Part shown: piece after piece, positions 25,499 through 34,603 of the stretch | Position numbering within the stretch: position 1 is the first letter of the stretch | Layout of the letters: each line of letters begins with the position of its first letter | Virus record (IMG/VR): IMGVR_UViG_3300010353_000347 | Span: 52,295 to 116,294 of that record | DNA length: 64,000 nt | Direction: 5' to 3' (one strand) | Source: a virus | Translations under genes and position numbers: made by a program | Notes under the pieces: generated by a model | What the model saw: the letters and a program-made list of their open reading frames with translations, nothing else | Told to the model about the DNA's origin: nothing | Database searches by the model: none

Positions 25499-26227
25499 TC
25501 ACTCTTGGGGACTGTTGACTTGAAGATTGCCCATCTCAGGGAAGCTCCGCGCCAATGCGTTTAGGAAGTCGGAGTCGTTCCCAAACCTGTCAAAGTAGTC
25601 TACCCCATAGTAGCGTCTGGCGTACCAGAAATCCGCACCAGCAATAGGCAGGAAAGCCTCCCCCGCCCGTGCTAACTGAGCGTAAGCCTTTTCTTGGAAT
25701 ACTCTACAGTCTTGGATGGCCCTTTGCAACTCGTCTGGGGCTACATCTTCAACGGTCGCATAGGTGCGCCCCCACAAGGCGGCTTCCAGGTACCCCCGCG
25801 TGAATGCGTCTAGGTTGTAGTAGGACTCTGACATCATCTTGCTCGGCATCCTCCGCTCGACTGTGCGAATGAACTCTTGGACGAATGACCGCTTGGGTTT
25901 CTTGTTCGTAGTCGCTACTCCCTCAAATGCGGTTCCCGGTACGGGCAGTCTCTTTGGCTTCTTGGATTCCGAAACGCGGGGCTGTACCCAATCTTCGGAC
26001 GGGTTAGTATCTACGTCGAACCCCTGGTCAGCTAGTTGCTGTACTACTTGGGCCAAGGTGCCGTCCTTCCCCTCACCCGCTGCCAAGTTCCCACTTGGGG
26101 TAAAGTAGTAGACTTGGAACATATCCATGTTGTAGTTTATGGAGTAAACCTCTACCGATACCCCATCTTCATGGTTGACTCCCCTAGCTACAATACCTTC
26201 TTTCAGCCCACGCTTTTTCATTTTCAT
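25499..26227 (-). CDS. Modular linker-delimited protein
   Basis: 242 aa; MKMKKRGLKEG leader, VSESKKPK linker, final domain FTRGYLEAALW...ADFWYARR. Confidence 0.65.
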   Translation of the reverse strand: MKMKKRGLKEGIVARGVNHEDGVSVEVYSINYNMDMFQVYYFTPSGNLAAGEGKDGTLAQVVQQLADQGFDVDTNPSEDWVQPRVSESKKPKRLPVPGTAFEGVATTNKKPKRSFVQEFIRTVERRMPSKMMSESYYNLDAFTRGYLEAALWGRTYATVEDVAPDELQRAIQDCRVFQEKAYAQLARAGEAFLPIAGADFWYARRYYGVDYFDRFGNDSDFLNALARSFPEMGNLQVNSPQE

Positions 26228-26649
26228 ACTCCGGTAGTCTCAAAGTCCCAAGCCAGGACAAGCAAGTCCTCAATCGGAACGTGAATGATGATGCAGTCAA
26301 TCGGGCTACCAAGAGAGGATGCCCACCCGTGGTGGCCGTCTAGGATGTAGTAGTCAGAGGATACCAGAACCGGCTTCGCATGACCAGCCCTAGAGGCACC
26401 GATCTTTTCCGAGTCAACGTGAGTCTGTGTCGGTTTCAGGTCGTCCGCTATGACGGTGGAGTCAGAGTAGGAAACGCCTGACCGATCCAAGAATTTGAAG
26501 AACTCGGGGAGACGGGCACTTGGAATCTGAGGCATCTGCTCCCTCGGGATACCAAGGCCCCCCGTAAGCTGAATCATCTGCTCGATGAGCTTACGGAACC
26601 CATTCCCAAAACGGGAACGATCCTTACCAAAGTGGGAATGGTTAGCCAA
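26224..26649 (-). CDS. ParB/Srx-like domain protein
   Basis: IPREQMPQI...DLKPTQ...PVLVSSDYYILDGHH. Confidence 0.7.
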   Translation of the reverse strand: MANHSHFGKDRSRFGNGFRKLIEQMIQLTGGLGIPREQMPQIPSARLPEFFKFLDRSGVSYSDSTVIADDLKPTQTHVDSEKIGASRAGHAKPVLVSSDYYILDGHHGWASSLGSPIDCIIIHVPIEDLLVLAWDFETTGV

Positions 26650-26992
26650 CGTAGGCCCCCATGTAGATAGCGAAAGTGTCCTCTTCCTCTTCCGGCTCTT
26701 CCTCGTCGTCCTGCATGACAGAGGCTACGATCCCCTTGAAACCTTTCTTGCCCTTAGACTCCCTACGAACGTGGGCGTCCCCTGGAAAGTACCCCTCAGC
26801 CCCAAGGTGAACAGCTAGGCTCTCGTTGGGGTGCAAGGTCTCCCTCGTCCGCGCAGTCAGTACCCCGTAGGGGTCAAACCAAAAGACCTCGTAGGTACCT
26901 TCGGGGAGGGGATCTCCGTAGTCGTCTACGTCGTAGACGGTAACGTAGGAGCCGTCGTGTTTGAGGTACATGGTTTCCATTACTCTATCCAT
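26642..26992 (-). CDS. Hypothetical protein
   Basis: 116 aa; N-terminal part resembles first module of 25499..26227; RRESKGKK linker. Confidence 0.6.
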   Translation of the reverse strand: MDRVMETMYLKHDGSYVTVYDVDDYGDPLPEGTYEVFWFDPYGVLTARTRETLHPNESLAVHLGAEGYFPGDAHVRRESKGKKGFKGIVASVMQDDEEEPEEEEDTFAIYMGAYVG

Positions 26993-27118
26993 ACTGCTAC
27001 CTTAGAACCTTAGTGAAGTCGGGAGGTACCGAGAGGTCAATCGTGGCGACTCGGAATCGACCGAACCCGTCTGCGGCAGCAAGTTCCTTCACCCTCTCAA
27101 AGGCGTCGGGGTTGGTAG

Positions 27119-29290
27119 TTAAATGACGCTCTCGTTCACCGTGGACTCAGACAAAGGGGCTCCCCTGTCTAACGACTCTGCCACCTGAAGCTGCCGGATC
27201 GCCGCTTGCTCGATCTCCGCGTCAATCGGGTCTTGCTTCCTACGGCCCTCTCCCAGCCTCTTGGACTCTACCGTGCCTGGGTACAGCCGGTCGTTGAACC
27301 CCTGGTGGAGAAGGTAGTTGGCAATGACGTAACCTGGGTGGTTGCTGTACGATAGTTGAACGTCTAGATCCATGTTGCGGCTCACGCTATCCGCTGCCGG
27401 GTGATGGTCGTAAGCTGTAACCTTCCCGTTCTCGTCGTGGAATATCTCTATCTGGTTCACAAGGAAAGGACCGCTGTTTCGGTGGTCAGAGAGAACCTGA
27501 TCCCAGAGAGCAACGAACGGTTCAAGGACGTTGGAGTCGTACTCGACATGGATGTACAGGTTACCAGACCAAGCATCGCCGTAAAAGTCGTAGGTTGCTC
27601 GGTTGGAGAAGTTCTGTGTGAACGGGAGTACGTCTGCAATCTTGACGGATGGGTCTTTGATTCTAACCGTAACCGAAGATCCGCCAGCGAAAGAGCTAGA
27701 GGTAACAGAAACCTGCGAGCTAGACAGGCCGAGTTCTGACTTCAGGGCTTGGCGCACTACCTTCGCCTCGGCGGAACCTTCCCGGATGTCTCGCTTACCC
27801 TCTACTACCTCTTTCGGGAGGAATATGAAATCCCTCGTGCCGCTGGTTGTCCTTTGTACGTTAACGATGTCCAATGGGACAGGACAGTTGTTCAAAACGT
27901 AGGACACAACCTCTTCGTTAGGGGTTGGCTCATCTTCGGCCCACACCATGTCGTCTGGCTCTGGATTCAGGATAAGCCAAACTCCCTCCTCCTGGTAGTT
28001 GTCAATCCACCAGTAGTAGGGGCCAAAAATATCTCTGGGTAGAGATTGGAACCACGAGTAGATTTTTTGCCTTCTATCGGAGGGAAACCACTCACGAATC
28101 TTTTTGGACTCGACGTAACGGATACCGTCCTTCGGTGGAATCAGGACAAACGAGGAGTCGTACACTCCGTCTACGAGCCCCCAAACCCCCGTTGTCCTGT
28201 TCTTATAGAGGGCGTAATCAGAATCATACCCGCTGTCCGGGTGGGCGTGGTAAAATACCTCGTCCCAATCCGCGAGACTACCCTCATTCTGGAAGTCCAT
28301 GTAGTCAATCGTCCACCCCAGACTTTTCAGGGCAGGAAAGAACTCTCTCTGTGACCACTCTCCGTCCCCAAGCAGGGGGGTAGGTAGGGATTGGAATACC
28401 TCTACGGGGTTCGGCTCCCTGTAGTAGTCCTCCGACCCAGGAATGAGGCTCTGATTCTGGTCTAGGGCGTCGTAAGCCTCTCGCACCTTTGACCGAGAAT
28501 GGGCGCGGATCATGTCGTACATGGAGTCCTGTGACTCCTCGAAATCGTCAAACCGCTCTTCGTCCTCCGCGTCCCGTATCCTACAGGACTCGCAAGAGTC
28601 GAAGCCAAAGTTATCTCTGCCGATTTCTGACCTACGAACGTAGTCACCACACGACTCGCACTTGGCGAACCTGGGGTCAGGGCGAACGATAAGGTACCCC
28701 TCGTCATCCCCCACTCCGCTATCAGGGTAGGAAATCTCGATAGTGACTTCACCACCACGGCTGACAGAAGAGCCCACTACCTCACGGCCTTGGCCCTCTG
28801 CACGAATAAGGTACCCGTCCAGCTTTAGCAGAACCTCGGACAGGGTTAGCTCGTCGGCAATGGAGTACCCCATACCGTTGTAGGCTTGGAAGTACATCTC
28901 AAAGATCCCGTTCTCGTCTACCTCACCTTGGTAGAAGGTGGGGAGTACCTGCCTGTAGGATGGGGACTCTTGGATGGACAAAGTTGCTTTAGAAGCCTTG
29001 CCCCTTTGGCGCATGGCGGGTGACCTTCCTTCTGTGTAAACATAAACCTTCTTGACTGTGGGGTCGTCTGTTGGAGCCGTAGATCCCCCCCAAGTGCCAC
29101 CAAGGCGTTGGACTAATCTCTCTTCCGACGGCCAATCCCCGGACAGTAACTTGACCAGCTTCTTTTCGATACTGCCACCCCGAGCTTTGGTCGGAAGTAT
29201 CTCCAGGGTGGCCCCGTCTAGCTCAAACGAAAAGTCGTAGTCGAAGTTGTCGCTCTCTCGCACGGCTTTGGCTCTCTTTGGCTTGCTCAC
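27119..29290 (-). CDS. Modular polyprotein (putative internal head protein)
   Basis: 723 aa; modules separated by KAVRES, SKVREA, ESKKIREW, EGKRDIREG, ESKRLGEG. Confidence 0.7.
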   Translation of the reverse strand: MSKPKRAKAVRESDNFDYDFSFELDGATLEILPTKARGGSIEKKLVKLLSGDWPSEERLVQRLGGTWGGSTAPTDDPTVKKVYVYTEGRSPAMRQRGKASKATLSIQESPSYRQVLPTFYQGEVDENGIFEMYFQAYNGMGYSIADELTLSEVLLKLDGYLIRAEGQGREVVGSSVSRGGEVTIEISYPDSGVGDDEGYLIVRPDPRFAKCESCGDYVRRSEIGRDNFGFDSCESCRIRDAEDEERFDDFEESQDSMYDMIRAHSRSKVREAYDALDQNQSLIPGSEDYYREPNPVEVFQSLPTPLLGDGEWSQREFFPALKSLGWTIDYMDFQNEGSLADWDEVFYHAHPDSGYDSDYALYKNRTTGVWGLVDGVYDSSFVLIPPKDGIRYVESKKIREWFPSDRRQKIYSWFQSLPRDIFGPYYWWIDNYQEEGVWLILNPEPDDMVWAEDEPTPNEEVVSYVLNNCPVPLDIVNVQRTTSGTRDFIFLPKEVVEGKRDIREGSAEAKVVRQALKSELGLSSSQVSVTSSSFAGGSSVTVRIKDPSVKIADVLPFTQNFSNRATYDFYGDAWSGNLYIHVEYDSNVLEPFVALWDQVLSDHRNSGPFLVNQIEIFHDENGKVTAYDHHPAADSVSRNMDLDVQLSYSNHPGYVIANYLLHQGFNDRLYPGTVESKRLGEGRRKQDPIDAEIEQAAIRQLQVAESLDRGAPLSESTVNESVI

Positions 29291-29299
29291 GGTAGACTC

Positions 29300-30499
29300 C
29301 TACTTAGACCGCTTAGAGCGGGGTTGACGCTTGCGGGACTCGGATACCCCCCTTTGCCCGGCAAAGAACGCAGCGATCATGATTTCCTTGTCCTCGTGGT
29401 AGTAGAGGTTCATTTCAGAAAGGAAGATGCCCGCAGAGGCATGGGGATTCAACGCGCCTAGCTCGTAAGAGTAAGCCACCAGGGCTTCGTACTCGTAGTC
29501 TAGAAACCCCTCCCTTTGGACGTAGGCTAGCGCATCCAGGGAGTAGGTGTCGCCTGGGTTGTCTGGCTCTACCCAACCGGAGCTTTCCCTCACCCTCTTG
29601 CGGGACTCTTTCACCACCTGAGAGGGCTTTAGGATAAGGGGACCCAGCAGGCTCTGCGGCCCGTCGGTAGTGATACTGAGGCCCTTGAACCCACCGAAGG
29701 GTTCCCCTACATGGAATACCGTGCCCGTCTCTCCCACGTTCCTACCTGACACTACGCGAACCCTGTCCCCAACTTCGAGACGGTTCCCGTTGTAGTCGAA
29801 CTGTGTCCCTTCTTTGATCCGCCTCTTGCGAGACTCACCCCGATAGTGGGGGGACTCATACTTGGCGCTTAGAATAGACATGGAAGTCTTATGGCCGGTC
29901 TCCAACTCGAACTCAGCCTCCGTCCACTCCCCATCCGCTCCCCACACGGTCAGGTACATCCCCTCGTCCCAACATTCCTTTGCGTAGTCCCAGAACAGGG
30001 CAACGGCTTCGACAAAGGATAGGTCGTCTAACGTAGCTGTGTTCCTACCATCCCGGTACAGCTTAAACGTGAAGGGACCTCCCATGTCGGGTTGCCAAGC
30101 ATCGAATACGTCACGCTGGATGTAGTCTGCGGTCTCTCGCCACGAGGACTCGTACTCGGACTCCCTCACCCTCTTGCCTTCAGCCTTGCGAGACTCTTTC
30201 ACCACTTGGGATGGCTTTAGGATGAGCGGGCCTAGTATGCTCTGTGGCCCGTCGCATTGGATACTGAGTCCTTTGAATCCACCGAAGGGCTCTCCTACGT
30301 GGAATACCGTGCCCGTCTCCCCCGTGTTCCTACCCGAGACTACGCGAACCCTGTCCCCAACTTCGAGACGGTTCCCGTTGTAGTCAAACTGTGTCCCCTC
30401 TTTAATCCTCTTCTTGCTGGATTCGGTGGGGCGGGAGTGACTTACCACCGCATCGGTGAACACGCTATGAACCTGTCCTGGGTTTGCCCGTCGCATCAT
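29300..30499 (-). CDS. Modular polyprotein with duplicated KOW-like module
   Basis: ATG 30499 with GAGGAG SD; ESSKKRIKEG, ESRKAEGKRVRES, ESRKRRIKEG, ESRKRVRES linkers. Confidence 0.7.
   Translation of the reverse strand: MMRRANPGQVHSVFTDAVVSHSRPTESSKKRIKEGTQFDYNGNRLEVGDRVRVVSGRNTGETGTVFHVGEPFGGFKGLSIQCDGPQSILGPLILKPSQVVKESRKAEGKRVRESEYESSWRETADYIQRDVFDAWQPDMGGPFTFKLYRDGRNTATLDDLSFVEAVALFWDYAKECWDEGMYLTVWGADGEWTEAEFELETGHKTSMSILSAKYESPHYRGESRKRRIKEGTQFDYNGNRLEVGDRVRVVSGRNVGETGTVFHVGEPFGGFKGLSITTDGPQSLLGPLILKPSQVVKESRKRVRESSGWVEPDNPGDTYSLDALAYVQREGFLDYEYEALVAYSYELGALNPHASAGIFLSEMNLYYHEDKEIMIAAFFAGQRGVSESRKRQPRSKRSK
29600..30424 (-). repeat. ~230-bp imperfect direct duplication (about 29600-29836 and 30190-30424)
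   Basis: Near-identical peptides EGTQFDYNGNRLEVGDRVRVVSGRN.GETGTVFHVGEPFGGFKGLSI..DGPQS.LGPLILKPSQVVKESRK. Confidence 0.9.
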
Positions 30500-30507
30500 A
30501 TTACTCC

Positions 30508-31137
30508 TCAGAGCCCCAACACCTGTGAGGCGATTTTGCATTCTGTTATGCGGTTGACCGTCTCCGCAGTCGCTTCCATGTTGTCCCGGAACGTGAGCGC
30601 AGCGTTCAAAGCGGCTTGGAGGTCTGCGTTGCCAGGATCGGCGTTCAAAGCGGCCTGTGCCGCGTCAATCGCTGATTCAGCCGCAGCGAGAGCGGAAGCA
30701 ATCATGTTGGCTAGGTACGGTGGGATAGTCAGCATGGAGAGCATCATTTCCATCTGAAACTGTGCCCAGAACTCGTCGCCAAGGATGCGGGTGGAGATTA
30801 GCTCCAGGATGAGGGCCTTGACCATCTCTGCCATATCGGAAATGTCGGCAATGAGGTCTCCCGCCGCCCCCATGCCAGGGAAGTTCTGCAAGTCCTCAGC
30901 GGCCATCCCAAGGGCGGCGGAGGCGATTTTCAGAATCAGTTGGTTGGCGATGTAGGTGGGAAGAGCTTGCGGGATCTGTGTAACAGCCGCAGCGAGAGCC
31001 GCAGCCGTTTGACCAATATCCGTTAGCTGTGTCTCTTCGAGCGCCGAGACTTGATCCTCCAAGCTCTTCAGTCTAGCCTGGAGGGCTTGCATCCCCCTGT
31101 TTAGTTCCCTCTGGCACGCTGTCTGATTCTCTCCCAT
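30508..31137 (-). CDS. Helical Ala/Leu-rich protein in baseplate hub cluster
   Basis: ATG 31137 with AGGAG SD; coiled-coil-like. Confidence 0.65.
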   Translation of the reverse strand: MGENQTACQRELNRGMQALQARLKSLEDQVSALEETQLTDIGQTAAALAAAVTQIPQALPTYIANQLILKIASAALGMAAEDLQNFPGMGAAGDLIADISDMAEMVKALILELISTRILGDEFWAQFQMEMMLSMLTIPPYLANMIASALAAAESAIDAAQAALNADPGNADLQAALNAALTFRDNMEATAETVNRITECKIASQVLGL

Positions 31138-31145
31138 CCCGTCTC

Positions 31146-33500
31146 CTAGGTCGTTACCTGCAAGATTTCGTCGGCCATGAGCCTCACTAGTAGCTCCGAA
31201 CGGACAAAGGCTTCGGCAGCGGAGGCGTGAATCCAACTCGCCCCGACTACCACAGCCTCCCCCATGTCACAACCAGCGGCCAATGCACCACCGTCAGCTA
31301 ATACTATGGGCGGGGAAGTGCATTTCGTGAAGAGGCCCCCCGAAGCGGTGAGAGTGGGGGCACCCGCGATCTCTACCTTGTGAACGGACAGCCCACTCCC
31401 CGTAGCTGTGAGGAGCCCCCCAATTTCACCCCGGAGAAACTGTAACACAGAATCCGTAATCACAACGTCTTTCGTCAGGTTGACTCGGGCGAAGTCCAAG
31501 AGGCTGTCCGTCGCCTCAGCCCCTCCCGTAACGTCGCAGTCAGACAGCTTGCAGGAGCTTTCGGCGTCCACGAGGATGTCCCCCGCCACTTCGGCGGATT
31601 GAACGGTAACGCTCGAAGCGTCCTCTGCAATGACCGCTCTGGGAGCCCCGATGAGTTCCCCAATAGCCTGTGCCACGACAACGGACTTCTTGGCTCCGAT
31701 TCCACCCTCCCCACCGCCTTCCCAACTGTCCACCGCAGAAGCCTCAGCGCGGGAGTGGTCATGGATCTTCAGCCCTACATCCCCCCCGAAGAGGCGGTCC
31801 AGGGTGTGGATTTGGGCCGTTGCCTTATTCTGTAGGTTGATCCCGGCTCCACCCCCCGTGATCCTCCCACACCGCTCGACCGTTAGCTGGCCTTTGGTGA
31901 CCCGGATCGCGTCTCCCTCTTCCGCGTGAACCCTGCCCACGTTAGAAAGCCGTACAACGCCCCCAGAGCCGCCAACCTGGATTCCCTCCCCGATGGTCGG
32001 GGATTCGATCTTTTCGACTGTACGGGCCACTACGCGGCTGCTAGGGGCATCTATCGCGTCCCCCTCCCATGCAACCACCCTCCCGCAGTTCGCAAGCTCT
32101 AAATCCGACCTTGACCCCAGGACGATCCCCCTCCCGTGCATCCCCAGGATCTCGTCTACGTCGGCACACCGGATGATGCTCTCGGAACCGGCCACGATCC
32201 CATCCCGGAGGAATCCCTGCACCGTGGTTACGTCTACGAGCGTAAGGTTCAACCTAGACCCGGCGATGATTCCAGAGTACTGGACTCCCTTGATGAGCGT
32301 GGACTTCTGGCAGGAAACGGTATTGCTGTCCCCGAGTAGGAACGCGGTGTGCTGCATCCCCTGAATGTCGTCTACGGACACGAAAAAGAAACTTGACCCG
32401 GAAGATGACGAGACTGCGTTTCCGGCTTGCCCCCGAAGCTGCGGGCAGGACGAGATATGGAAGGTGTCGTTTGTCCCCGCCTTGATCCCATCCCCTCCCA
32501 TGCCAATGATCCGGCTTGAAATGTTCCGAAGGGTAACAGAGCATCCCTGGTCGGTAGCGATCCCGTGGGAGGCGTTGGACAGAATCGTGGTTACGTCGGT
32601 GGCGGTGAGGACAGCCTCCCGGCTCATGCGGATCGCTTCCGCTCCATCCGATTGGATTTTGTCCCCCTTGGCCAGAGTGGCAGAGGCTTCCTGCTCGACT
32701 CGCACCGCTGCGTTCCCCTCCCCAACAACCTTGTCGAAGCGGTACACTTGGACGCTCGACTTGGTATCCGCAAAGACCGCTGTCTCGGGGCTTGTGAGGA
32801 TTGGGGTATTGGTAACCCGTACCTGTGCAGACTCCTCCGTTCGGATTGCCGCCCTCTGACCCAGCACAGGCTTTGGAATGGAAGTCAACAGGACTTCGGA
32901 GCCGTCCTTTGCATGGAGGGCGTACTGGTTCTCTCCCTGAAGCTCTCCCCCCATCATCTCGACACGGGACGTTCCAAAGGCTCGGATTCCGTCGTCTATG
33001 CCGATGATCTTGGAATTGCGGATGACCACAGAGGAGGAACTGTCCACCTCGACGGCACAGGGGAACCCGGCAGGGATCGTGTCGTCAATCAGGAGGGCTC
33101 GTGACCCCTCGACAACCTTGACACCCCAATCCCCGTTGACACCGGGCCGGTTGGTTTTCACGGCGTCAAGAGTTGACCCCTCCCGGAGAATGAACGAGTG
33201 GAGGTGGGTGCATTCCTTTTCCGTCGCCTTGACGGAAATGAACTCGACCGCCTCTTGGAAGGTGACACGATCCGCCGTGAACACCCCGTCGATCTGCTCT
33301 ACCTTACCGGAAACCTCTGACCGGCATACCACAACCGTAGAGTAGTTGTCAATCGTTAGCTTCCCGATCTTGCACTCCAGGAAGGTGACGGCACACCTTT
33401 CTGGCACAAAGGCGTCCCCGGACTCCCCAATGACTGTGATTGTCCGCTGAAACTTGCCCTCTTTGGAGAGGGACTTGTCAATGACGGATTGGCACGACAT
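31146..33500 (-). CDS. Right-handed beta-helix repeat protein (spike/tailspike-like)
   Basis: 784 aa of ~22-aa G/I/V/S repeats (I.G...DGI.AG....L.L..V..); follows gp5-like gene. Confidence 0.6.
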   Translation of the reverse strand: MSCQSVIDKSLSKEGKFQRTITVIGESGDAFVPERCAVTFLECKIGKLTIDNYSTVVVCRSEVSGKVEQIDGVFTADRVTFQEAVEFISVKATEKECTHLHSFILREGSTLDAVKTNRPGVNGDWGVKVVEGSRALLIDDTIPAGFPCAVEVDSSSSVVIRNSKIIGIDDGIRAFGTSRVEMMGGELQGENQYALHAKDGSEVLLTSIPKPVLGQRAAIRTEESAQVRVTNTPILTSPETAVFADTKSSVQVYRFDKVVGEGNAAVRVEQEASATLAKGDKIQSDGAEAIRMSREAVLTATDVTTILSNASHGIATDQGCSVTLRNISSRIIGMGGDGIKAGTNDTFHISSCPQLRGQAGNAVSSSSGSSFFFVSVDDIQGMQHTAFLLGDSNTVSCQKSTLIKGVQYSGIIAGSRLNLTLVDVTTVQGFLRDGIVAGSESIIRCADVDEILGMHGRGIVLGSRSDLELANCGRVVAWEGDAIDAPSSRVVARTVEKIESPTIGEGIQVGGSGGVVRLSNVGRVHAEEGDAIRVTKGQLTVERCGRITGGGAGINLQNKATAQIHTLDRLFGGDVGLKIHDHSRAEASAVDSWEGGGEGGIGAKKSVVVAQAIGELIGAPRAVIAEDASSVTVQSAEVAGDILVDAESSCKLSDCDVTGGAEATDSLLDFARVNLTKDVVITDSVLQFLRGEIGGLLTATGSGLSVHKVEIAGAPTLTASGGLFTKCTSPPIVLADGGALAAGCDMGEAVVVGASWIHASAAEAFVRSELLVRLMADEILQVTT

Positions 33501-33502
33501 AG

Positions 33503-34603
33503 CTACTCCCCTGCCCTTCCAATGACACGGCCAGAGACCAGAGCGTCACCATTCACCGCAAGATCCCCGTCAACGTGGACGTTCCCCCGGAGCATGATGA
33601 GGTTGGATAGGATGCTTAGGAATTCCGTGCTTAGGGACACGCCCCCCTGTGCCTTGACAGTCACTTGACCCGTCGCTGTCTCCACCTGAAGCCGGAAGGT
33701 TTCTTCCCCCTTGTAGACACCGGCAAAGTCAATGACTCCCAGGCCAGCGGCCAGAGTGAGCTTGACTTCGGATTTCTCTTCGGGGGGTGAGTCGAAGTCC
33801 CGTGCGTTCTGAGACACGATCTCTACGAACTCGGCATCCTTGCCTACGGACATTCGGAGCCTCTGCCCACTCGTTCCCACAAGCTCCAGGGTGGAGCCAC
33901 CCCCCTGTAAGTCGTCGTAGCCTACCCCGTCCCCGTCCCGTGCCTCTTTCCGAATCCTCTGTGCTTGGTTGTCGTCATTTTTTTCTTTTGTGACAGGGGC
34001 ATTCATGGTAAGCTGTTGACCCGCCCTGTCGATTACGTCAAGGGACTCAAACCCGTCCCTGTCCTCGACTATGAACGTATGCCCCTTGACGCTCTTCAGT
34101 AGCACCCGCACCGTAGGGTCGTGGTAGGGTACGGCCCCGATCTCTGAGGGCACCTCCGGGCCAATAGGCTGGAACCAGTACCCCGCCGTAATCGGGAACC
34201 TGTCCCGATCCGGTATGAGGTTACCGTCCTCTTTGTCTACCTTGAAGTTGATCGCTCTCGGCTGAGTCGGATTCTTGAACCACCCCCCGAAGTAGAGAGG
34301 TTGCTCAGGGTCGCCAGCCATGAAGGTGACAAAAACTGTCGTACCCGTGGGAGGCACGTTGAAGCTTCCTACGTCGTAGGCTCCCCCCATAGAGTGGATC
34401 GGGAGCGCCCACGGGAGGTCTTTCGTTTTGATACTCTTCTCTGTCTGGTGGAAGAGGGGAACACGAACCTTGACCCTCCCGATATGCAGGGGGTCTAGGT
34501 TGTACTCGACAACCCCCGGATACGTCCCGTAAATCCTGTTGCGGACGGTGGTTTCTTCTCGTGAGGAGGGGGTAGCGGTAAACTGTGACGGTAGGTTAGG
34601 CAT
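33503..34603 (-). CDS. Baseplate central spike, gp5/VgrG OB-fold
   Basis: YPGVVEYNLDPLHIGRVKVRVP...LPWALP...PPTGTTVFVTFMAGDPEQPLYFGG; C-terminal GNVHVDGDLAVNG beta repeats. Confidence 0.88.
   Translation of the reverse strand: MPNLPSQFTATPSSREETTVRNRIYGTYPGVVEYNLDPLHIGRVKVRVPLFHQTEKSIKTKDLPWALPIHSMGGAYDVGSFNVPPTGTTVFVTFMAGDPEQPLYFGGWFKNPTQPRAINFKVDKEDGNLIPDRDRFPITAGYWFQPIGPEVPSEIGAVPYHDPTVRVLLKSVKGHTFIVEDRDGFESLDVIDRAGQQLTMNAPVTKEKNDDNQAQRIRKEARDGDGVGYDDLQGGGSTLELVGTSGQRLRMSVGKDAEFVEIVSQNARDFDSPPEEKSEVKLTLAAGLGVIDFAGVYKGEETFRLQVETATGQVTVKAQGGVSLSTEFLSILSNLIMLRGNVHVDGDLAVNGDALVSGRVIGRAGE

Noticed and set aside
27040-27118. tRNA-like look (tggcg...ggaatcga)
   Set aside because: No acceptor or anticodon stem can be folded; better explained as protein-coding remnant
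27085-27125. Double +1 frameshift (ATT-TAA then CTT-TGA) to reach the orphan module
   Set aside because: Needs two rare events; CTTTGA arises naturally from Ala-Phe-Glu codons; the nearby C CCT TTG -1 site runs straight into a stop
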